DNA of 64,000 nt from Auanema rhodensis (taxonomy: Eukaryota; Animalia; Nematoda). The notes below the pieces were generated by a model. It worked only from the letters and a program-made list of their open reading frames with translations. It was not told the DNA's origin and made no database searches. Both the position numbers and the translations under genes were made by a program. Within the stretch, counting starts at the first letter, position 1. Each line of letters opens with the position of its first letter. The stretch lies in assembly GCA_964057225.1 (NCBI GenBank), contig OZ059900.1:15500001-15564000 (forward strand), given 5' to 3'. Shown here one piece after another: positions 55,401 to 64,000 of this stretch.

Positions 55401-58400
55401 TAGTGTTCAGCATGTAAAATGCTTCATTTTAGTATGTAACACGCTGAAATTCGTTGCATTTGACTACTCATATGAACAAAAATCGATTTAATCAATATTA
55501 GCCATAAGGGGCGTGCCCTCAGAATATGCTAATTTCCTTAATTTTCTAACCCCTGTTTTTTTGTCGTGAAAGTGGAACTAGACGTTGTACAAACAATATT
55601 GAGCTAGGTTTCATTGACATTGCATGAGTTTGAACACATGAAATCGTAAGTCAAAACCTTGTTTACAGCGAAATTTCCAAAAACTGGTTTTCCAGCATAA
55701 TAAAATATTTCTCATGAGAAATACTGTGTTTTTGTATTTTTCTAGTGTTCAGCATGTAAAATGCTTCATTTTAGTATGTAACACGCTGAAATTCGTTGCA
55801 TTTGACGACTCATATGAACAAAAATCGATTTAATCAATATTAGCCATAAGGGGCGTGCCCTCAGAATATGCTAATTTCCTTAATTTTCTAACCCCTGTTT
55901 TTTTTGTCGTGAAAGTGGAACTAGACGTTGTACGAACAATTTTGAGCTAGGTTTCATTGACATTGCATGAGTTTGAACACATGAAATCGTAAGTCAAAAC
56001 CTTGTTTACAGCGAAATTTCCAAAAACTGGTTTTCCAGCATAATAAAATATTTCTCATGAGAAATACTGTGTTTTTGTATTTTTCTAGTGTTCAGCATGT
56101 AAAATGCTTCATTTTAGTATGTAACACGCTGAAATTCGTTGCATTTGACGACTCATATGAACAAAAATCGATTTAATCAATATTAGCCATAAGGGGCGTG
56201 CCCTCAGAATATGCTAATTTCCTTAATTTTCTAACCCCTGTTTTTTTTGTCGTGAAAGTGGAACTAGACGTTGTACGAACAATTTTGAGCTAGGTTTCAT
56301 TGACATTGCATGAGTTTGAACACATGAAATCGTAAGTCAAAACCTTGTTTACAGCGAAATTTCCAAAAACTGGTTTTCCAGCATAATAAAATATTTCTCA
56401 TGGGAAATACTGTGTTTTTGTATTTTTCTAGTGTTCAGCATGTGAAATGCTTCATTTTAGTATGTAACACGCTGAAATTCGTTGCATTTGACGACTCATA
56501 TGAACAAAAATCGATTTAATCAATATTAGCCATAAGGGGCGTGCCCTCAGAATATGCTAATTTCCTTAATTTTCTAACCCCTGTTTTTTTGTCGTGAAAG
56601 TGGAACTAGACGTTGTACGAACAATTTTGAGCTAGGTTTCATTGACATTGCATGAGTTTGAACACATGAAATCGTAAGTCAAAACCTTGTTTACAGCGAA
56701 ATTTCCAAAAACTGGTTTTCCAGCATAATAAAATATTTCTCATGAGAAACACTGTGTTTTTGTATTTTTCTAGTGTTCAGCATGTAAAATGCTTCATTTT
56801 AGTATGTAACACGCTGAAATTCGTTGCATTTGACGACTCATATGAACAAATATCGATTTAATCAATATTAGCCATAAGGGGCGTGCCCTCAGAATATGCT
56901 AATTTCCTTAATTTTCTAACCCCTGTTTTTTTGTCGTGAAAGTGGAACTAGACGTTGTACGAACAATTTTGAGCTAGGTTTCATTTACATTGCATGAGTT
57001 TGAACACATGAAATCGTAAGTCAAAACCTTGTTTACAGCGAAATTTCCAAAAACTGGTTTTCCAGCATAATAAAATATTTCTCATGGGAAATACTGTGTT
57101 TTTGTATTTTTCTAGTGTTCAGCATGTAAAATGCTTCATTTTAGTATGTAACACGCTGAAATTCGTTGCATTTGACGACTCATATGAACAAAAATCGATT
57201 TAATCAATATTAGCCATAAGGGGCGTGCCCTCAGAATATGCTAATTTCCTTAATTTTCTAACCCCTGTTTTTTTGTCGTGAAAGTGGAACTAGACGTTTC
57301 ACGAACAATTTTGAGCTAGGTTTCATTGACATTGCATGAGTTTGAACACATGAAATCGTAAGTCAAAACCTTGTTTACAGCGAAATTTCCAAAAACTGGT
57401 TTTCCAGCATAATAAAATATTTCTCATGGGAAATACTGTGTTTTTGTATTTTTCTAGTGTTCAGCATGTAAAATGCTTCATTTTAGTATGTAACACGCTG
57501 AAATTCGTTGCATTTGACGACTCATATGAACAAAAATCGATTTAATCAATATTAGCCATAGAGGGCGTGCCCTCAGAATATGCTAATTTCCTTAATTTTC
57601 TAACCCCTGTTTTTTTGTCGTGAAAGTGGAACTAGACGTTGTACGAACAATTTTGAGCTAGGTTTCATTTACATTGCATGAGTTTGAACACATGAAATCG
57701 TAAGTCAAAACCTTGTTTACAGCGAAATTTCCAAAAACTGGTTTTCCAGCATAATAAAATATTTCTCATGGGAAATACTGTGTTTTTGTATTTTTCTAGT
57801 GTTCAGCATGTAAAATGCTTCATTTTAGTATGTAACACGCTGAAATTCGTTGCATTTGACGACTCATATGAACAAAAATCGATTTAATCAATATTAGCCA
57901 TAAGGGGCGTGCCCTCAGAATATGCTAATTTCCTTAATTTTCTAACCCCTGTTTTTTTGTCGTGAAAGTGGAACTAGACGTTTCACGAACAATTTTGAGC
58001 TAGGTTTCATTGACATTGCATGAGTTTGAACACATGAAATCGTAAGTCAAAACCTTGTTTACAGCGAAATTTCCAAAAACTGGTTTTCCAGCATAATAAA
58101 ATATTTCTCATGGGAAATACTGTGTTTTTGTATTTTTCTAGTGTTCAGCATGTAAAATGCTTCATTTTAGTATGTAACACGCTGAAATTCGTTGCATTTG
58201 ACGACTCATATGAACAAAAATCGATTTAATCAATATTAGCCATAGAGGGCGTGCCCTCAGAATATGCTAATTTCCTTAATTTTCTAACCCCTGTTTTTTG
58301 TCGTGAAAGTGGAACTAGACGTTGTAGGAACAATTTTAAGCTAGGTTTCATTGACATTGCATGAGTTTGAACACATGAAATCGTAAGTCAAAACCTTGTT

Positions 58401-59163
58401 TACAGCGAAATTTCCAAAAACTGGTTTTCCAGCATAATAAAATATTTCTCATGGGAAATACTGTGTTTTTGTATTTTTCTAGTGTTCAGCATGTAAAATG
58501 CTTCATTTAAGTATGTAACACGCTGAAATTCGTTGCATTTGACGACTCATATGAACCAAAATCGATTCAATCAATATTAGCCATAAGGGGCGTGCCCTCT
58601 GAATATGCTAATTTCCTTAATTTTCTAACCCCTGTTTTTTTGTCGTGAAAGTGGAACTAGACGTTGTACGAACAATTTTGAGCTAGGTTTCATTTACATT
58701 GCATGAGTTTGAACACATGAAATCGTAAGTCAAAACCTTGTTTACAGCGAAATTTCCAAAAACTGGTTTTTCAGCATAATAAAATATTTCTCATGGGAAA
58801 TACTGTGTTTTTGTATTTTTCTAGTGTTCAGCATGTAAAATGGTTCATTTTAGTATGTAACACGCTGAAATTCGTTGCATTTGACGACTCATATGAACAA
58901 AAATCGATTTAATCAATATTAGCCATAAAGGGCGTGCCCTCAGAATATGCTAATTTCCTTAATTTTCTAACCCCTGTTTTTTTGTCGTGAAAGTGGAACT
59001 AGACGTTGTAGGAACAATTTTGAGCTAGGTTTCATTGACATTGCATGAGTTTGAACACATGAAATCGTAAGTCAAAACCTTGTTTACAGCGAAATTTCCA
59101 AAAACTGGTTTTCCAGCATAATAAAATATTTCTCATGGGAAATACTGTGTTTTTGTATTTTTC

Positions 59164-62100
59164 TAGTGTTGAGCATGTAAAATGCTTCATTTTAGTATGT
59201 AACACGCTGAAATTCGTTGCATTTGACGACTCATATGAACAAAAATCGATTTAATCAATATTAGCCATAAGGGGCGTGCCCTCAGAATATGCTAATTTCC
59301 TTAATTTTCTAACCCCTGTTTTTTTGTCGTGAAAGTGGAACTAGACGTTGTAGGAACAATTTTGAGCTAGGTTTCACTTACATTGCATGAGTTTGAACAC
59401 ATGAAATCGTAAGTCAAAACCTTGTTTACAGCGAAATTTCCAAAAACTGGTTTTCCAGCATAATAAAATATTTCTCATGGGAAATACTGTGTTTTTGTAT
59501 TTTTCTAGTGTTCAGCATGTAAAATGCTTCATTTTAGTATGTAACACGCTGAAATTCGTTGCATTTGACGACTCATATGAACAAAAATCGATTTAATCAA
59601 TATTAGCCATAAGGGGCGTGCCCTCAGAATATGCTAATTTCCTTAATTTTCTAACCCCTGTTTTTTTGTCGTGAAAGTGGAATTAGACGTTGTAGGAACA
59701 ATTTTGAGCTAGGTTTCATTGACATTGCATGAGTTTGAACACATGAAATCGTAAGTCAAAACCTTGTTTACAGCGAAATTTCCAAAAACTGGTTTTCCAG
59801 CATAATAAAATATTTCTCATGGGAAATACTGTGTTTTTGTATTTTTCTAGTGTTCAGCATGTAAAATGCTTCATTTTAGTTTGTAACACGCTGAAATTCG
59901 TTGCATTTGACGACTCATATGAACAAAAATCGATTTAATCAATATTAGCCATAAGGGGCGTGCCCTCAGAATATGCTAATTTCCTTAATTTTCTAACCCC
60001 TGTTTTTTTGTCCTGAAAGTGGAACTAGACGTTGTAGGAACAATTTTGAGCTAGGTTTCATTTACATTGCATGAGTTTGAACACATGAAATCGTAAGTCA
60101 AAACCTTGTTTACAGCGAAATTTCCAAAAACTGGTTTTCCAGCATAATAAAATATTTCTCATGGGAAATACTGTGTTTTTGTATTTTTCTAGTGTTCAGC
60201 ATGTAAAATGCTTCATTTTAGTATGTAACACGCTGAAATTCGTTGCATTTGACGACTCATATGAACAAAAATCGATTTAATCAATATTAGCCATAAAGGG
60301 CGTGCCCTCAGAATATGCTAATTTCCTTAATTTTCTAACCCCTGTTTTTTTGTCGTGAAAGTGGAACTAGACGTTGTAGGAACAATTTTGAGCTAGGTTT
60401 CATTGACATTGCATGAGTTTGAACACATGAAATCGTAAGTCAAAACCTTGTTTACAGCGAAATTTCCAAAAACTGGTTTTCCAGCATAATAAAATATTTC
60501 TCATGGGAAATACTGTGTTTTTGTATTTTTCTAGTGTTCAGCATGTAAAATGCTTCATTTTAGTATGTAACACGCTGAAATTCGTTGCATTTGACGACTC
60601 ATATGAACAAAAATCGATTTAATCAATATTAGCCATAAGGGGCGTGCCCTCAGAATATGCTAATTTCCTTAATTTTCTAACCCCTGTTTTTTTGTCGTGA
60701 AAGTGGAACTAGACGTTGTACGAACAATTTTGAGCTAGGTTTCATTGACATTGCATGAGTTTGAACACATGAAATCGTAAGTCAAAACCTTGTTTACAGC
60801 GAAATTTCCAAAAACTGGTTTTCCAGCATAATAAAATATTTCTCATGGGAAATACTGTGTTTTTGTATTTTTCTAGTGTTCAGCATGTAAAATGCTTCAT
60901 TTTAGTATGTAACACGCTGAAATTCGTTGCTTTTGACGACTCATATGAACAAAAATCGATTTAATCAATATTAGCCATAAGGGGCGTGCCCTCAGAATAT
61001 GCTAATTTCCTTAATTTTCTAACCCCTGTTTTTTTGTCGTGAAAGTGGAATTAGACGTTGTAGGAACAGTTTTGAGCTAGGTTTCATTGACATTGCATGA
61101 GTTTGAACACAAGAAATCGTAAGTCAAAACCTTTTTTACAGCGAAATTTCCAAAAACTGGTTTTCCAGCATAATAAAATATTTCTCATGGGAAATACTGT
61201 GTTTTTGTATTTTTCTAGTGTTCAGCATGTAAAATGCTTCATTTTAGTTTGTAACACGCTGAAATTCGTTGCATTTGACGACTCATATGAACAAAAATCG
61301 ATTTAATCAATATTAGCCATAAGGGGCGTGCCCTCAGAATATGCTAATTTCCTTAATTTTCTAACCCCTGTTTTTTTGTCGTGAAAGTGGAACTAGACGT
61401 TGTAGGAACAATTTTGAGCTAGGTTTCACTTACATTGCATGAGTTTGAACACATGAAATCGTAAGTCAAAACCTTGTTTACAGCGAAATTTCCAAAAACT
61501 GGTTTTCCAGCATAATAAAATATTTCTCATGGGAAATACTGTGTTTTTGTATTTTTCTAGTGTTCAGCATGTAAAATGCTTCATTTTAGTATGTAACACG
61601 CTGAAATTCGTTGCATTTGACGACTCATATGAACAAAAATCGATTTAATCAATATTAGCCATAAGGGGCGTGCCCTCAGAATATGCTAATTTCCTTAATT
61701 TTCTAACCCCTGTTTTTTTGTCGTGAAAGTGGAATAAGACGTTGTAGGAACAATTTTGAGCTAGGTTTCATTGACATTGCATGAGTTTGAACACATGAAA
61801 TCGTAAGTCAAAACCTTGTTTACAGCGAAATTTCCAAAAACTGGTTTTCCAGCATAATAAAATATTTCTCATGGGAAATACTGTGTTTTTGTATTTTTCT
61901 AGTGTTCAGCATGTAAAATGCTTCATTTTAGTATGTAACACGCTGAAATTCGTTGCATTTGACGACTCATATGAACAAAAATCGATTTAATCAATATTAG
62001 CCATAAGGGGCGTGCCCTCAGAATATGCTAATTTCCTTAATTTTCTAACCCCTGTTTTTTTGTCGTGAAAGTGGAACTAGACGTTGTACGAACAATTTTG

Positions 62101-63951
62101 AGCTAGGTTTCATTGACATTGCATGAGTTTGAACACATGAAATCGTAAGTCAAAACCTTGTTTACAGCGAAATTTCCAAAAACTGGTTTTCCAGCATAAT
62201 AAAATATTTCTCATGGGAAATACTGTGTTTTTGTATTTTTCTAGTGTTCAGCATGTAAAATGCTTCATTTTAGTATGTAACACGCTGAAATTCGTTGCAT
62301 TTGACGACTCATATGAACAAAAATCGATTTAATCAATATTAGCCATAAGGGGCGTGCCCTCAGAATATGCTAATTTCCTTAATTTTCTAACCCCTGTTTT
62401 TTTGTCGTGAAAGTGGAATTAGACGTTGTAGGAACAGTTTTGAGCTAGGTTTCATTGACATTGCATGAGTTTGAACACGTGAAATCGTAAGTCAAAACCT
62501 TGTTTACAGCGAAATTTCCAAAAACTGGTTTTCCAGCATAATAAAATATTTCTCATGGGAAATACTGTGTTTTTGTATTTTTCTAGTGTTCAGCATGTAA
62601 AATGCTTCATTTTAGTATGTAACACGCTGAAATTCGTTGCATTTGACGACTCATATGAACAAAAATCGATTTAATCAATATTAGCCATAAGGGGCGTGCC
62701 CTCAGAATATGCTAATTTCCTTAATTTTCTAACCCCTGTTTTTTTGTCGTGAAAGTGGAACTAGACGTTGTAGGAACAATTTTGAGCTAGGTTTCACTTA
62801 CATTGCATGAGTTTGAACACATGAAATCGTAAGTCAAAACCTTGTTTACAGCGAAATTTCCAAAAACTGGTTTTCCAGCATAATAAAATATTTCTCATGG
62901 GAAATACTGTGTTTTTGTATTTTTCTAGTGTTCAGCATGTAAAATGCTTCATTTTAGTATGTAACACGCTGAAATTCGTTGCATTTGACGACTCATATGA
63001 ACAAAAATCGATTTAATCAATATTAGCCATAAGGGGCGTGCCCTCAGAATATGCTAATTTCCTTAATTTTCTAACCCCTGTTTTTTTGTCGTGAAAGTGG
63101 AATTAGACGTTGTAGGAACAATTTTGAGCTAGGTTTCATTGACATTGCATGAGTTTGAACACATGAAATCGTAAGTCAAAACCTTGTTTACAGCGAAATT
63201 TCCAAAAACTGGTTTTCCAGCATAATAAAATATTTCTCATGGGAAATACTGTGTTTTTGTATTTTTCTAGTGTTCAGCATGTAAAATGCTTCATTTTAGT
63301 TTGTAACACGCTGAAATTCGTTGCATTTGACGACTCATATGAACAAAAATCGATTTAATCAATATTAGCCATAAGGGGCGTGCCCTCAGAATATGCTAAT
63401 TTCCTTAATTTTCTAACCCCTGTTTTTTTGTCCTGAAAGTGGAACTAGACGTTGTAGGAACAATTTTGAGCTAGGTTTCATTTACATTGCATGAGTTTGA
63501 ACACATGAAATCGTAAGTCAAAACCTTGTTTACAGCGAAATTTCCAAAAACTGGTTTTCCAGCATAATAAAATATTTCTCATGGGAAATACTGTGTTTTT
63601 GTATTTTTCTAGTGTTCAGCATGTAAAATGCTTCATTTTAGTATGTAACACGCTGAAATTCGTTGCATTTGACGACTCATATGAACAAAAATCGATTTAA
63701 TCAATATTAGCCATAAAGGGCGTGCCCTCAGAATATGCTAATTTCCTTAATTTTCTAACCCCTGTTTTTTTGTCGTGAAAGTGGAACTAGACGTTGTAGG
63801 AACAATTTTGAGCTAGGTTTCATTGACATTGCATGAGTTTGAACACATGAAATCGTAAGTCAAAACCTTGTTTACAGCGAAATTTCCAAAAACTGGTTTT
63901 CCAGCATAATAAAATATTTCTCATGGGAAATACTGTGTTTTTGTATTTTTC
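59164..63951 (+). repeat. Related blocks at 10-monomer offset (M174-177 ~ M184-187, 3420 bp) and 4-monomer offset (M178-181 ~ M182-185)
   Basis: The series CACTTAC / GAATTAG / AGTTTG+GTCCTG / AAAGGG occurs at 59164-60531 and 62584-63951. GAATTAG+AACAGT occurs in both M179 and M183. Confidence 0.8.
61097..61306 (+). other. Spurious 69-aa ORF created by a stop-loss substitution in one satellite monomer; not considered a gene
   Basis: The consensus reads ATG AGT TTG AAC ACA TGA. Only in M179 is it ACA AGA (T>A at 61112), which opens the frame. The sequence is otherwise ordinary satellite and shows no recognisable domain. Confidence 0.9.
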
Positions 63952-64000
63952 TAGTGTTCAGCATGTAAAATGCTTCATTTTAGTATGTAACACGCTGAAA

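Larger units (their letters stand above)
1..64000 (+). repeat. Tandem satellite DNA array, 342-bp monomer, 187 full copies + 49-bp partial; probable (peri)centromeric/heterochromatic satellite of a eukaryote
   Basis: Seen in sequence: the motif TAGTGTTCAGCATG recurs at 1, 343, 685, 1027 ... 63610, 63952. 187 x 342 with a net -3 bp from seven 1-bp indels gives exactly 63952. Copies are ~98-100% identical, with no unique sequence or strand switch. The centromeric/heterochromatic role is inferred from array length, homogeneity and AT richness. Confidence 0.98.

Noticed and set aside
61097-61306. 69-aa ORF as a protein-coding gene
   Set aside because: It is ordinary satellite sequence opened by a single T>A change in 1 of 187 copies, with no recognisable domain or gene context.
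1-64000. CRISPR array or other repeat-spacer system
   Set aside because: There are no unique spacers. The entire 342 bp is repeated and no cas or other genes are present.
1-64000. Primate alpha-satellite dimer (2 x 171 bp)
   Set aside because: Only the length matches. The two halves are not clearly homologous and I recognise no alpha-satellite sequence or intact CENP-B box.
1-64000. Tandem 5S rRNA, tRNA, snRNA or spliced-leader gene array
   Set aside because: I could not recognise a 5S, tRNA cloverleaf or snRNA sequence on either strand. An Infernal/Rfam scan would be the decisive test.
1-64000. Rolling-circle concatemer or assembly/sequencing artefact
   Set aside because: Variants recur in ordered, nested, multi-kilobase patterns rather than randomly or not at all, which indicates a real evolved array. 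Individual block copy numbers still need read validation.
1-64000. A single fixed-period higher-order repeat
   Set aside because: Observed periods vary (2, 3, 4, 5, 7, 10, 16 and 67 monomers) and none is repeated more than two or three times in the window.

Overview
The whole 64 kb window is one uninterrupted head-to-tail tandem array of a 342-bp, AT-rich (~34% GC) monomer. There are 187 complete copies plus a 49-bp partial copy, all on the same strand. Copies differ from the consensus by about 0-6 substitutions. I found only seven 1-bp indels (net -3 bp, which reconciles the end coordinate) and no insertions, genes, RNA genes, transposons or CRISPR spacers. This is the architecture of a eukaryotic satellite DNA array, probably (peri)centromeric or heterochromatic. 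I cannot name the family or organism from sequence alone. The single 69-aa ORF comes from one stop-loss substitution in one monomer and is not a credible gene. The informative signal lies in the pattern of variants, which records the array's history: a ~11.6-kb block duplicated 22,913 bp downstream with whole-monomer gains and losses, nested 2-, 3-, 4-, 5-, 7-, 10- and 16-monomer duplications, chimeric monomers and three zones with different variant sets. The monomer is also dense in short dyad symmetries, and some spreading variants perfect them. I found no evidence of a novel gene-based system. Monomer numbering (M1 = 1-342) and variant calls were made by eye and should be confirmed computationally.
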